Shown: positions 1-13,454, numbered from the stretch's first letter. The stretch: DNA of 64,000 nucleotides from Octopus sinensis (GCF_006345805.1 NC_043017.1:9610001-9674000); one strand, 5' to 3'. The notes: generated from the letters alone by a model not told the origin. A program made the numbers and translations.

Positions 1-581
1 ATGTGTATTTATATGTATGTGTGAGTATGTCAGAGTGTGTTTGTATGTGTGCGTATTTATATGTATCGATGTGTGTGCGTCAGTGTATGTGTGTGTCAGT
101 GTATGTATGTGAGTGTATGTCAGAGTGTGTTTGTGAGTATGTATGTGTGTGTGTGTGTATTTATATGTATCGATGTGTGTGTGTCAGTGTATGTGTGTGT
201 GTTTTTTAGTATATGTGTCTCTATGTGTGTGTATGTATATGTATAAGTATGTGTGTCAGTGTGTGTAAGTATATGTATGTGTGTATGTCAGAGTGTGTTT
301 GTGAGCATGCATATGTGCATGTGTGTATTTATATGTATCAATGTGTGTGTGTTTCTTAGTTTATGTATCTGTATGTGTGTGTGTGTGTATGTGTATGTAT
401 AAATATGTGTCAGTGTGTGTAAGTATATGTATGTGTGTGTATGTCAGAGTGTATTTGTATGTGTGCGTATTTATATATATCGATGTGTGTGCGTCAGTGT
501 ATGTGTGTCAGTGTGTGTGTGTGTCTGTAAGTATGTGTATGTAATTATGTGTGTGCGTGTATGTGTGCGTATGTGTGTGCA

Positions 582-619
<38 letters not shown>

Positions 620-996
620 TGTATTGACTCAGTATCTGTCTGGCTGCGAGAGCCAGACTGTCTGTCAGTGCTTGTGTTCAGCTCTATGTATATATATATG
701 TATGTGTGTGTATGTGTGTGTGTATGTATGTGTGTGTGTGTGTATGTGTGTGTGTATGTATGTGTGTGTGTGTGTATGTGTGTTAATGCATGTATGTCAA
801 TACATGTGTGTATATGCATGTGCATGTGTATGTGTGTGTGTGTCAGTATATGTATTTGTGCATGTGTATGTTAATGTGTGCATGTATATATATATATATA
901 TGAGTGTATATATATATATGAGTGTTTGTGTATATGTGTGTATTTGTATGTAAGTATATGTATATGTGCATGTATTTTTGTATTTATGTATATATA

Positions 997-1029
<33 letters not shown>

Positions 1030-1122
1030 GAGTGTTTGTGTGTGTATATATATATGAGTGTTTGTGTATATGTGTGTATTTGTATGTATGTATATGTATG
1101 TGTGTGTATTTTTGTATCTATG

Positions 1123-1165
<43 letters not shown>

Positions 1166-1255
1166 ATGTATCTGTGTTTGTGTATATGTATACATATATG
1201 TGTGCGCGTGTGTGTATATGTATATGTATTTATGTGTATCTATGTGTATTTGTAT
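1..1255. repeat. Compound (TG)n/(TA)n/(TATG)n microsatellite field
   Basis: Near-continuous alternating purine-pyrimidine repeats. The block ATGTGTATTTATATGTATCGATGTGTGTGCGTCAGT recurs at about 46, 155, 320 and 465. Confidence 0.95.
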
Positions 1256-1274
1256 GATATTACTGTTAACTGTT

Positions 1275-1500
1275 GTCCTTAGTATTTAGCCCTAGGTCAA
1301 CCCAAGACGAAAAGACCTATGATCAAAGGCATTCCAGCCACGACCAACCCATTTTTTTCCTGGAGACATAGTGTTACCAGCACAACATTATCCGATGGAT
1401 CCTTCCACTTTCCTTAAAGACAGGATGCAGTGTATGTAATTCAAAAGAGATCTTTGCTGCTATTTCTAGCACGTCGAGAAGAACACGCAGAGGGTCCTCA
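1275..1500. mobile_element. Unclassified interspersed repeat fragment
   Basis: TTTAGCCCTAGGTCAACC...TATGATCAAAGGCATTCCAGCC and GCTGCTATTTCTAGCA motifs recur in diverged form at about 10840-11020, 12500-12640 and 15250-15325. Confidence 0.45.
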
Positions 1501-1819
1501 GCTGTTGCCTTGTATGTTTGTGTATCAGCTGCTTGATATGTGAGAGTTTATATATTGCTTGCATGTGTGTGTGTGTGTGTGTGTGTGTGTGGATGCGTGG
1601 GGTGTGTGAGATGAGAGCGTGGGTTGGGGTTTTGGGGGGGGGTGGGGGGTTATTTATCTGTCTGTTTATACGTTTCTCAGATTGGTTAATTTTCCGACTC
1701 GTGTCCGGGAAAGCGACGGGGACCAACCATGTGGATGAATAAAGGAAAGCGAGCAATGATAAACCATGTTTTAGACGATAAATGATGAGGATGGGAGGGA
1801 GGGAGGATGGGTGGAATGC

Positions 1820-1825
1820 AGAGAG

Positions 1826-1865
<40 letters not shown>

Positions 1866-2134
1866 AAGAGAGAGAGAGATGGAGGCGAAGAAGAAAGAAA
1901 GAAGGACAGTAATGTGTGCATCTTTATGCACAGGTGTGTGTTTGTGTATGAGTGTGTGTATATATGTGTGTGTGTGTGTGGATAGGAGGGGAGGGGGAAG
2001 GTGGAGGAAAAGAAAAGGATATAGAAAAATGTGTGTACAGGTAGGTGTATGTGAGAGAGAGAGAGGGGGATGAAGGAGAAGGGGGAAGAGAAAGAGATAT
2101 AGAGAAGACAAGGTGTTTGTGCATGTTTTTGCAG

Positions 2135-2168
<34 letters not shown>

Positions 2169-2226
2169 TAGAGGAAGTGATGAAGAGAGACATTAGGAGA
2201 GCAAAAAATAGTCAATAAGGAGTGTG

Positions 2227-2258
<32 letters not shown>

Positions 2259-3270
2259 CACTAAAAAGAGACAATGGGAGAGAAAGAGATAATAAGCAAG
2301 AAGTGTGTGTGTGTGTGTGTGTGTGCAGGAGTGTGTGGACATATGTGTTAGAGAGGATGACAGAGAGGGAACGAGAGAGAGAGATGCAGTGAAATAGTGA
2401 GTAAGAGAGAGAGAGAGAGAGAGAGTAAGATAGTAAACAATGTGTATATGAGTGTGTGGGTGTGGTGGGGTGGGGTGAATGCTTGTGTATAAAGGGTAAC
2501 AGTGAAAGAGAAGAAGAAAGAAACACCTAGTAAGAGGGGGAGAGAGAGGGAAACAATAGAAGGAAGAGAGAGGGGAGCGAAAGCGAGCAAAACAGTGAGA
2601 GAAAGAGAAGCAGTGAGAGAAAAAGAGGAGGGTAGAAAAGTAATGAGAGAGAGAGAGAGAGAGAGGGAGGGAGAGAGAAGAGAAAGTGAGGAGAGTACAA
2701 TATATCTGTGGAATGTGCATTTGTGTTTACCAATGCATATGTATGCACATATGCACAAACACACACACAGACAAACACATACAGACATCCACACAGAGGA
2801 AAACACACAGAGAAACATGCACACACATATACATGTATGTATGCATGCATGTATGTATGTATGTATGTATGAATACATATGCCTGTATATGTATGTATGT
2901 ATGCTTGCATATGTGTATGTATGCTTGCATGTATGTGTGTATGTATGTATGTTTGTATGTATGTATGTATCTATGTATGTATGTATGCTTGCATGTATGT
3001 GTGTCTGTGTATGTATGTATGTATGTATGTATGTATGTGTGTATATGTATGTATGTGTGTATATATGTATGCATATATGTATGTATCTATGTATGAATGC
3101 ATGCATGTATGTAAGTATGTATGTATGTATGCATGCATGCATGTCTGTGTATGTATGTATGTATGTATGTATGTATGTATGTATGTATGTATGCATGTAT
3201 GTATGTATGTATGTATGCATGTATGTACGTACGTACGTACGAGTGTATGTATGCATGAATGCCTGTATAT
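1820..3270. repeat. (GA)n, (TG)n and long (TATG)n microsatellite field
   Basis: Directly visible; produces the RERE, HTYI and MYVC pseudo-ORFs. Confidence 0.95.
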
Positions 3271-3664
3271 GCATGTAAATAACTCAAGAGACAAAACTTG
3301 AAGTCTCTGTGAACACCTTCATATAATATATTCCACTTTGTCACAGGTATTGAGTCCTTTTATCTCTAAGTGTTGGTTCTTATCTGTCACTTAACTACTA
3401 CAATACACACTCGCACACATTTACATATCCATATGTTTATATGCATGTGCGTGTATGTGTGTGTGTGTGTGTGTGCGTGCATGTGCACATTATCAATTTG
3501 CATCACACACACATATACATACGAACATACATACATACGTACACATACATACATACATACAAACATATATACATACACACATGCACACACACACACACAC
3601 ACATACATACATACATACATACATGCAGGGGCTGACCAAACATTAAATGGTGATGATGAGGATG

Positions 3665-3694
<30 letters not shown>

Positions 3695-3696
<2 letters not shown>

Positions 3697-3838
3697 TGTG
3701 TGTTTGTGTGTATACATACATTACACACATGTATGCAGATACACCGGCTGATCAAACATCAAATGATGATGATGTATATGTGTATGCATGTGTGTGTATT
3801 TGTGGGGGGTATACATACATTATATATATATATATGTG

Positions 3839-3871
<33 letters not shown>

Positions 3872-3884
3872 GTGTATATATTAT

Positions 3885-3935
<51 letters not shown>

Positions 3936-4390
3936 ATATATAATATAATATATATATATATATGTATGTATGTATGTATGTGTGTATATATATATATATA
4001 ATATTTATATATATATATAATGAGTGGAAGGATGGGGTGGAAGTGGGTGTCAGTGTTGTTGTGTTGGAGCAATGAAATGTCAGTAAATGTTAAATGAACT
4101 GTAAACAAGTTTAGTAGAGAACAGGTGGTGGGGAGAGGAGGGGAGGAGAAAGAAAGCCAGAGGCTTATCATAGATGCTTGCATGTAATCCAATACACTGT
4201 CCTCTGTGCATGTGTGTGTGTGCGCGCGTGTGCATGCATATGTGTGTGTGTGGTGTGTTTGTGTGTTTGTGTGTATACATACATTACACATGTATGCAGA
4301 TACACCGGCTGATCAAACATCAAATGATGATGATGTATATGTGTATGCATGTGTGTGTTATTTGTGGGGGGTATACATACATTATATATA

Positions 4391-4433
<43 letters not shown>

Positions 4434-4448
4434 GTGTATATATATTAC

Positions 4449-4537
<89 letters not shown>

Positions 4538-4810
4538 GTGTGTATATTATATATATATATATATTATATATATATATATAATGAGTGGAAGGATGGGGTG
4601 GAAGTGGGTGTCAGTGTTGTTGTGTTGGAGCAATGAAATGTCAGTAAATGTTAAATGAACTGTAAACAAGTTTAGTAGAGAACAGGTGGTGGAGGAGAGG
4701 AGGGGAGAGAAAGAAAGCCAGAGGTTATCATAGATGCTTGCATGTAATCCATACACTGTCCTCTGTGCATGTGGTGTGTGTGCGCGCGTGTGCATGCATA
4801 TGGTGTGTGT
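3695..4810. repeat. Tandem duplication of about 560 bp (2 copies)
   Basis: TATACATACATTAC at 3711 and 4274; CTCTGTGCATG at 4202 and 4761. The copies differ mainly by small indels, and the breakpoints lie in (TG)n. Confidence 0.9.
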
Positions 4811-4892
4811 GTGTGTGTGTGCGTGAATTTATGTGGCATGTGGAGGCTGTAGATGTGTGTTCATCTGCACGAGTGGACTTGAATGGTATAAG

Positions 4893-4935
<43 letters not shown>

Positions 4936-4938
<3 letters not shown>

Positions 4939-5139
4939 TTTTCTTTACTGTTTCAGTCATTTGACTGCGGCCATGCTGGAGCACCACCTTTAGTCGATCA
5001 AATCGAACCCGGGACTTATTCTTTGTAAGCCCAGTACTTATTCTATCGGTCTCTTTTACCGAACCGCTAAGTGATGGGGACGTAAACACACCAGCATCGG
5101 TTGGCAAGCAATGCTAGGGGGCCAAACACAGACATACAA

Positions 5140-5196
<57 letters not shown>

Positions 5197-5352
5197 TACG
5201 ATGGGCTTCTTTCAGTTTCTGTCTACCAAATCCACTCACAAGGCATTGGTCGGCCCGGGGCTATAGTAGAAGACACTTGCCCAAGATGCCACGCAGTGGG
5301 ACTGAATCCGGAACCATGTGGTTAGTTAGCAAGCTACTTACCACACAGCCAC
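4936..5352 (-). mobile_element. SINE family A (tRNA head, CORE-like domain, LINE-derived tail), full length
   Basis: On the minus strand: TGGCTGTGTGG A box, GGTTCCGGATTCAGTCCC B-box region, CTTGGGCAAGTGTCTT CORE-like block, internal (TA)/(TG) tract, and tail CCAGCATGGCCGCAGTCAAATGACTGAAAC. More than 15 homologous copies occur in the window. Confidence 0.88.
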
Positions 5353-5602
5353 ATATATATGTATATATATGTAAAAGTAGAACGTTGGAATGAGTGCTCA
5401 ATTTCTTTATTTGTGAATTAAGGCTATCATTGGTTTCATGTTAAGAAAAGTGGGAAAATATCCAAATATCTTAACAATTTCTCAAGCCAATCACCCAGAG
5501 AACGGTGTTCGCCTCTGTGATTGGTTTGAAAAATTGTTAAGATACTTGAATATTTTCAACTTCTTAACATGAAACCAATGGTAGCCTTAATTTACAACTA
5601 AA

Positions 5603-5645
<43 letters not shown>

Positions 5646-5786
5646 TATGTATATATATATATATATGTATGTGTACATATGTACGTATGTAGTATGTTTG
5701 TATGTGTATGTGTGTGTGTGTGATGTATGTATGTATGTATGTATGTATGCATATATGTATGAATATACATGTATATATTTTGTGTG

Positions 5787-5824
<38 letters not shown>

Positions 5825-5841
5825 TGTACGTGTATATATAT

Positions 5842-5998
5842 ACTCTTTTACTCTTTTACTCTTTTACTTGTCTCAGTCATTTGACTGCGGCCATGCTGGA
5901 GCACCGCCTTTAGTCGAGCAAATCGACCCCGGGACTTATTCTTTGTAAGCCCAGTACTTATTCTATCGGTCTCTTTTGCCGAACCGCTAAGTGACGGT
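5842..5998 (-). mobile_element. SINE family A, 3' half
   Basis: CAGTCATTTGACTGCGGCCATGCTGGAGCACCGCC...CCGCTAAGTGACGG is nearly identical to other copies; (CTCTTTTA)n tail. Confidence 0.88.
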
Positions 5999-6374
5999 AT
6001 ATATATATATATACATATGTACATATATACATACATATATATACATATATATGTATATTTATATGTATACACTCACACATACACACACATGTACATAATA
6101 TATATGTATTGTATATCACCAATCACCATCATTGTATTAACGTACACTATAGTATACTTGCATGGGTGGGAAGGGCTTTGCAGAGACAGATTTCCTATGG
6201 CTGGATGCCCTTGCTGTTGCCAACCCTCGCCTATTTTCATGCAAGTTAATATTTCCCCCATAGCCTGACATATTTTCATGGAAGACTGGAATGAAGGACC
6301 CTGTTCGGTTGTTAAGCAGTGATAGGTGGTGGTGGTGGGGAGACAAAAAATGCCATCCATAAGCACATATACAT

Positions 6375-6540
6375 TTTCTGTATATATATTGGCTTAGGAA
6401 GGGCATCCAGCCGTAGAAACACTGCCAGATTTGACTGGACCTGATGAAGCCTCTTCTGGCTTCACAGACCCCAGTAGAACCGGCCAACCCATGCTAGCAT
6501 GGAAAACCGACGCTAAACGACGATGATGATGATGATGATA
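6375..6540 (+). mobile_element. RTE-type retroposon 3' region with (GAT)n tail
   Basis: TTAGGAAGGGCATCCAGC...CCAACCCATGCTAGCATGGAAAA...CGATGATGATG, matching copies at 11183, 39810, 41975 and 46838. Confidence 0.65.
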
Positions 6541-6667
6541 AATAAATATGTATATATATATTTATTTGACAATTATGACATCATGTCAAGAGAGACAGGT
6601 AGGCATGCACGCACACACACACAACCACAGAGGCACATTCACAAACAGGCATGCTCATGGACTTGTA

Positions 6668-6915
6668 TTGACACCACTACCTATTTCTTTACTACCCACA
6701 AGGGGCTAAACATAGAGGGGACAAACAAGGACAGACAAACGGATTAAGTCGATGACATCGACCCCAGTGCGAAACTGGTACTTAATTTATCGACCCCGAA
6801 AGGATGAAAGGCAAAGTCGACCTCGGCGGAATTTGAACTCAGGACGTAACGGCAGACGAAATACGGCTACGCATTTTGCCCGGCCTGCTAACGATTCTAC
6901 CAGCTCGCCACCTTA
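6668..6915 (-). mobile_element. SINE family B (tRNA-like head, GTCGACTTTGCCTTTCATCCTTTCGGGGTCGATAAA central domain)
   Basis: Reverse complement of the family-B sequence at 15538, 20041 and 61125. Confidence 0.85.
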
Positions 6916-7254
6916 TTGACACCACTACCACCACCACCACCACCACCATCACTGAAAATGCATGTTGTGGTATAAGCATGTGAACTGAAGTGTGTTTATA
7001 TATTATTGTGTGTGTGTGTGTGTGTGTGTTGTATGTGTGTGTGTGTGTTGTGGTGGTGAATGTAATTGTGTATTTGCTACATCTGTGTGTGTATTTACTG
7101 TGAGTGACCAGTCCCCATAAAGCGAATGGTCAATATATTGAATAAACCTATATCAGCGACCGATGGTCAGCTGTCCACTGATGCTGGACAATCACCATCC
7201 ATCGATGTCAATGAGTCCAGTGTAGAAATATGTTTACTCTGGCCACAACTGGCC

Positions 7255-7700
7255 AGTGCTTTGACCCTTTTGATGCCAATCCACTTGAGACTACCACTCC
7301 TCATTCTGTGATGCAAACCCCTTGTTTTAAAAAAGTGATCTGAATTCAAAGCTTCCATCAATGATAATTTATGCTTCAAACATCAGTTTAATTAACGACA
7401 AAATTATTTTATGAAATTCTTTGTTATTTTCAAAATTAATTGAAACAAAAGGAAATTATTCCTACAGAAATTTGGTAAGAAATGGGTTAAGTATTTCTTT
7501 GAAATGCTGGACAAAGCCTTTTTTGAACCTTTTGATACCAACCCATCTGAGACCATCACTCTTAGTTCTATGACACAATCTTTCTGGTTTAACCCTTTCA
7601 ATACCAACCCCGCTGAAACTGCCTCTGGCTCTGTAGTACAAATGGCTTGTTTTCATAAGTTTTGAATTGAAATCTTCCACCAAACCTTAGTCACTTTACA
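7255..7700. mobile_element. Fragments of a non-autonomous DNA transposon (piggyBac-like TTAACCC ends)
   Basis: Repeated (TTAA)CCCTTT(T/C)(G/A)ATACCAACC motif at about 7262, 7527 and 7590; internal sequence is homologous to 35185-35380. Confidence 0.4.
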
Positions 7701-7891
7701 GTGTGGTGACTGTCTAATTGAGAGAAGTTTGATCTTTTTCTCTCTCCATTTTTCTTGTCCGTGAAAAAGCAAATGCTTGAAACGTAAAAGACTTTTCTTG
7801 CTATTTTCCCTATGCATAAACCTAATACACTTTGTGTGTGTGTTTTTTTACCTCACCTACTTTTTTTATTTTGACATCATATACATATATA

Positions 7892-7961
<70 letters not shown>

Positions 7962-7970
<9 letters not shown>

Positions 7971-8101
7971 AGTGTGCCTGTGTGGTAAGAAGCTTGCTCC
8001 CAAACACATACTTTTGGGTTCAGTCCCACTGCATGACACCTTGGTCAAGCATATTCTACTATAGCCATGGGTCAGCCAAAGCCTTGTGAGTGGATTTAGT
8101 A
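7962..8101 (+). mobile_element. SINE family A, 5' half, cut by the mariner insertion
   Basis: Head and CORE-like block end at GTGAGTGGATTTAGTA, where the mariner TIR begins. Confidence 0.75.
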
Positions 8102-9340
8102 TCAGATCATCCCATAAGTAATGTCCGGATTTTAAATAAGGAAAACAAGCAATCGAATCTTATATTTTAATGAAACTTAATCATCAATATAGTTTCCATG
8201 ATTATCTATGGCGTCTTTCCATCTACTCATAAGCTTTTTAATCCCATTAGTGAAATATTTCGGTTTCGAAGAGAAGAACTCTAAAAGGTTAGTTTTGACT
8301 TACTTAGTAGTTTCAAGAGTTAATCTATCCGAAAGATTCTGTAAACTACGGAACAAATGGTAATCAGAAGGAGCAAGGGCTGGGAATAATGTTGTTGAAC
8401 AATTTTTTCCTAGTCAAGTTCGTGATCTTTGCAGTGTGGGGGGTCTTGCTTTGTCCTGACGAAACAGCACTCCCTCTCAGTTCACTAAAGCAAGACTATT
8501 TTTTCTTCAAAGTAGCATACAAAAGCTCTAATTGCTGACAGTAGATACGAGCATTGATTGTTGCATTAGTTGGTAGCAACTCAAAGTGAATGCCTCCTAT
8601 GGAATCCCACCAGACAGAGAGAAGAGCCTTTTTCACATGGAGTTCCTATTCTGGTTGTGGTTGGGCCCTTTTCCCCTTTACCAAGTCAATATCTAGGACT
8701 CTTAACATTTTGGTAGTGGACCCATTTTTCATCACTGGTCACTTCTCTATGCCACGAGAACGAAGAGAAGAGCTGAAGTCCACTTGGGATTTGCGGTTGG
8801 CTTCAAATACTTCATGAGGCACCCATTTGCAAGTTTGGGGGCCTCCCCAAGCTGTTGAAGATGGCTGCAAACAGTTGTATGACATGAACGAAGCTTGCTT
8901 CCCAATTATTCAACTGAAACTGCATGATCTTTTTCAAGTTCTCCCAAAAGGAGTTAGTCATCATACTCAATTGGACGTTCTGTTCTGGCCTCATCTTCAA
9001 GCTGGAAATTTCTAAATCTGAATTTTCCAAAACATCTTCTGCAAGTTCTTTTATTCATGAACTCTTGTCCATAAGCAGGGTGAATATTTTGAGTCATTTC
9101 AGTTGCAGAGTTCCCTTTTGTAAACTCATAATGCATTATATGCCTCAAATGCTCCTTAGACTATTCTATGTTTAAAGAGCTTTGATTAATAAAATTTCAA
9201 TTACATTATCCTGCAAAATGAAATTTAATTAGTCAAAATATGTCCAAATACACATGTTACTTGATGTCATTAGACATTCTAAAATACTGTTAAAGCATTT
9301 AGAAATTGACAATAAAGAAGTCCTGACATTACTTATAGTG
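8102..9340 (-). mobile_element. Near full-length degenerate mariner (DD34D) transposon
   Basis: Minus-strand fragments: HTH-like RHIMHYEFTKGNSATE...LEDEARTERP, then IVTSDEKW, LLSVWWDS and PALAPSDYHLFRSLQN, with stops and frameshifts. TIR remnants CCCATAAGTAATGTCCGGATTTT (about 8110) and AAGTCCTGACATTACTTATAGTG (9318-9340). Length about 1.24 kb. Confidence 0.92.
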
Positions 9341-9701
9341 TATGTGTGTGTGGTGTATATATATATATATATATATATGTGCGTGTTATGAAGTACATTG
9401 ATGAACTGGTAGATGGTTCAAACATTGGAATAGTCAATCATTAATTTTATTAGTAAAATGGCCTAGAAAAATGGTTATGGACAAGCACTGACTCTCCTTC
9501 TGTTTCTAATTATTTAAAAAAACAGAAGGTTGGCAATGTCTTTAAATGGGTGATTAGTATTAATGACATCATGTTTGGTCACTCTGGTCTGAAAGGGTCT
9601 GCGAAGATCAGGGACACAGCCCCTTTCTCTTGACACATCCAATATCGTAATAAAAGACAGGAAGGAAGAGTGAGAGGGAATGTGTGTGCTTTGTATGTAT
9701 T

Positions 9702-9736
<35 letters not shown>

Positions 9737-9755
9737 GGAGAGAGAGAGAGGAAGA

Positions 9756-9788
<33 letters not shown>

Positions 9789-9959
9789 ACAAACAAAAAG
9801 AGAAAAGAAACATGATTAGTATTGATCGTATTGATTGATAGATTGCAATTTTTATAGTTCTACAGTTAAGAAGATAATTTGTATTATGTTGTTTGTTGTT
9901 GTTGCTATTATAATTGTTATTGTTGTTATTGCTGTTACTGCTGCTGCTATTGATGTTGC

Positions 9960-10327
9960 TGTTGCTGTTGAGCGAAGCAGTCTTCATCCCAGAGTGGGAG
10001 TAGTCCGAAACGTGGTCCTTTGCTATTCGTAAGACCCGCAGAAGAGAAAGCAGGTCAACCCCCGACACCGAGAGCATCGACGGATGGATGAATGTACATC
10101 CAGGCTCAGCGGTTGCGTAGGAAGCCGGGGACAAGAAACAGGAAGAAAGAGAGAGAGAAAGTTGGAGCGAAAGAGTACAACAGGGGTCGCCACCACCCCC
10201 TGCCGGAGCCTCGTGGAGCTTTAGGCGTTTTTGCTCAATAAACACACACAACGCCCAGTCTGGGAATTGAAACCGCGATCCTCCGACCGCAAGTCCACTG
10301 TTCTAACCATTGGGCTATTGCGCCTCC
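9960..10327 (-). mobile_element. SINE family D (tRNA-Arg-like head) with (CAA/CAG)n tail
   Basis: Minus strand begins GGAGGCGCAATAGCCCAATGGTTAGAACAGTGGACTTGCGGTCGGAGGATCGCGGTTTCAATTCCCAG, with A and B boxes. A non-tRNA body follows and ends in simple repeats. Confidence 0.75.
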
Positions 10328-10439
10328 ACTGCTGCTGCTGTTGTTGTTATTATAATTGTAGTTGTTATGGTTGTTGCTGTTGTTGTTGCAATTGTTATTG
10401 TTGCTTCTCTTGATGTTGTTGATGTTGGCATTGTTAGTG

Positions 10440-10775
10440 AAGGTGTGTGGCTCAGTGGTTAAGGCAATCAGCTCAAGATCGTTAGGGTGTGAGTTCGATT
10501 CCTGGTGAAGCATTGCGTCCTTGAGCAAGACACTTTACTTCACATTGCTCCAGTCCACTCAACTGGCAAAAATGAGTTGTACCTGTAATTCAAAAGGGGG
10601 CCAGCCTTGTCACATTCTGTGTCATGCTGAATCTCCCTGAGAACTACATTAAAGGTATGTACATACGTCTGTGGAGTACTCAGCCACTTGCATGTTAATT
10701 TCACAAGCAGACTGTTTCATTAATCAGATCTACTGGAACCCTCGTCACCGTAACGAATGAAGTGCCAGTTGTTGT
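10440..10775 (+). mobile_element. SINE family C variant (tRNA head, CORE-like block)
   Basis: TGGCTCAGTGG A box, GAGTTCGATTCC B box, CCTTGAGCAAGACACTTTA. Confidence 0.8.
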
Positions 10776-11139
10776 TGATGTTGTGGTTGTTATTGTTGTT
10801 ATTCTTTTACTTGTTCTTTTAGTTTTGTTTTTCTTGTTGTTTAGCCCAAGGTCAGCCATGATCCTGCAGAACGATGATCAAATTCATTTCACATCTTGTT
10901 TATCAGGCACAGGAAACCTTGGACTACATTATCCAATGGAGCCAACCTTAAGACGGTAGGGTGTAGCCTGTTATAGATCTAGCTGTTATTTCCAGCAGGT
11001 CAAGCAACCATAAAAAGCTCTTTCATTGGCATGCATTGTGCATTGTTATAATTGTTGTTGTTGTTGTTATTGTCAATACAAGTTTCTTATCAGGATGTGA
11101 GTTATTATTATTATTATTATTATCATCATCATCATCATC

Positions 11140-11182
<43 letters not shown>

Positions 11183-11184
<2 letters not shown>

Positions 11185-11625
11185 GAGTGAGAGAGCAGTG
11201 CATGCCATCAAAGTGACACTGGGTAAAATATACAAAGCCCAGTATACCCATCATGACTACCTGTCTGATAAGAGTACACCAGGCACATGCATCACAACCA
11301 TATGTGTGCGGCATGGCAATCTCATATCAAGATAAACAGTGCCACCTGACTGGCACCTGTGCCGGTGGCACGTAAAAAGCATCATTCAAACGTGGCCAAT
11401 GCCAGTGCCCGTGGCATGCAAAAAGCACCATTTGAGCATAGTTGATGCCAGTACCACCTGACTGGCTCCCAAAACACCATTTGAACATCCAGCTGTAGAA
11501 ACTTTGCCAGATCAAATTGGAGCCCAGAGCAGCCTCCTGGCTTGCTGGTCCTCAGTCAAACCATCCAACCCATGCCAGCATAGAAAGCGGATGTTAAATG
11601 ATGATGAAAATGATGATGATGATCA
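11183..11625 (+). mobile_element. RTE-type retroposon 3' region with internal GTGCCGGTGGCACGTAAAAAGCACC subrepeats and (GAT)n tail
   Basis: Homologous to 41975-42510 and 46838-47400. Confidence 0.65.
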
Positions 11626-12097
11626 TCATCGTCATCATTATCATCATCATCGTCATCATCATCATCATCATCATCATCGTCATCATCATCATCATCATCG
11701 TCATCATCACCATCATCATCATTGCTGCTGTTGTATTTGTTGATGTTGTTATTGTTGTTGATGTTTTTCTGATATTGTTTTTTTTTGTTTTTGTTTTTAT
11801 CACTGTTGTTGTTGTTGCTGTTGTGACGTATTCCCATTTTTTTCTTTTTTTATTGCTTTAACGATGTCTCTTGTCTTTGCTGCTTCACCCTCTCTAAACG
11901 GCCCATCCTATTCTAAACCTGAATCGGCAAGTCCAGGCATGTGCTTTACAGCTGCACAAATATCTTTGCCCTACTTGTGTGTGTGTGTGTGTGTGTGTAT
12001 GTGTGTGTGTGTGTGTCTGTATGTGTGTGTGTGTGTGTGTGTGTATGTGTGTATGTGTGTGTGTGTGTGTGTAAATTTGTATGTACACTCATACATT

Positions 12098-12129
<32 letters not shown>

Positions 12130-12155
12130 CATACAAATATACATGCATATTCACA

Positions 12156-12193
<38 letters not shown>

Positions 12194-12373
12194 TACATAT
12201 ATAGATTAATAAACAGATTGATAGATCAATAGATAGATAGACATAGATCGATAGATAGATAAACAGACAGACAGACAGGATGACAGACAGACAGGATGAT
12301 AGACAGACAGATAGATATGCATACATACATATGTACATAAACACACAGATATATATTCTATTTGTGATATGCA

Positions 12374-12418
<45 letters not shown>

Positions 12419-12839
12419 TATGTGATTGTGTGTATGCATGGTGTATGCATGTTTGTGTATATGTGTGTGGGTGTGTGTGTATACATTTGTATTTATTATT
12501 GTTGTTTACTGCTAGGTCAGCATGACCCACTGATATATAGCCACTATAAGACCATGATTCCAACCATGATCATCCTGTCTCACCACCAGAGAGAGTGTCT
12601 TTTCTGAGACCATATCACCCAACATCCTTCCTTTCTTTGTAAAACTAGAAGACACGTACACACGCACGCACACACGCACACAGACTTTCACACACACACA
12701 TACAAACACACGCACACACACATACACGCACACACACATACACGCACACACACATACACGCGCACACACGCACACACACGTACGCACACACACACACACA
12801 GACTTTCACACACTTTCACACTTTCACATACACACACAC

Positions 12840-13000
12840 GATAGGTTTCATTCAGTTTTAGTCTACTAAATTCACTTGCAAAGCTTTGGTCGGCCTGAAG
12901 CTAGAGAAGACATTTTCCCACGATGCCACACAGTGGGACTGAAACCAGAACCATGTGGTTAGGAAGCAAAATTCTTACTGTGCAGCCACACCTGCACTTG
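12840..13000 (-). mobile_element. SINE family A, 5' half (diverged)
   Basis: AAGCTTTGGTCGGCCTGAAGCTAGAGAAGACA...CAGTGGGACTGAAACCAGAACCATGTGG. Confidence 0.75.
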
Positions 13001-13454
13001 TTGTGTGTGTGTATGTGTGCATGTGTGCATATGCATATGCATATATACACACACAAGTAAATGTCTTTCAGTTTCCCGTCGACAGTTTTCCCCCCTGCAG
13101 CATTTACAAAATGCTTAGCATCAAAGGGTGCAGGAGTTGGAAGGCCATCAGGTTGGCTTTGGAAGTAGTAGAGGTATCCCCAAGGTGATAGTGGATCCGG
13201 AGGTGTGAGACCTGGAAGGAGCCGTGCTACCATGATAGTGCTAACTGGATGCAAAATGGAGCTTGATCAACTCTGGCTGGGTCACCTGGGTGTCGGGTGT
13301 TTGATTGTGTGGAAAGACTTGAAACACCGCATGACCCCAGGAAACATCATAGGATTATGTATAGAAAAGACAAATATTTTAGGGTTTCAAATGGCAGGGA
13401 ATCAGAGGCATGGTCATCATTTTGGCTTTGCCTCTTTGGTGTTGTTGATTCAGT

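Noticed and set aside
3-1289. Many 60-135 aa ORFs rich in V/C/Y/M or H/T (and similar ORFs throughout the window)
   Set aside because: They are translations of (TG)n, (TA)n and (TATG)n, which lack stop codons; there is no protein signal.
2502-3278. 258-aa ORF with a K/E/R-rich N-terminus
   Set aside because: It is a (GA)n tract followed by (TATG)n.
9514-10251. 245-aa minus-strand ORF
   Set aside because: It runs through SINE D, (CAA)n and (CT)n repeats; a chance open frame.
10252-10327. tRNA-like sequence on the minus strand (also the heads at about 10440, 37540 and 53620)
   Set aside because: The stems are imperfect, there is no terminator, and each continues into a multi-copy SINE body. 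These are SINE heads, not tRNA genes.
11504-11861. Poly-His, poly-Asp and poly-Met ORFs (also 47380-48034)
   Set aside because: They are (CAT/GAT)n tails of RTE-type retroposons.
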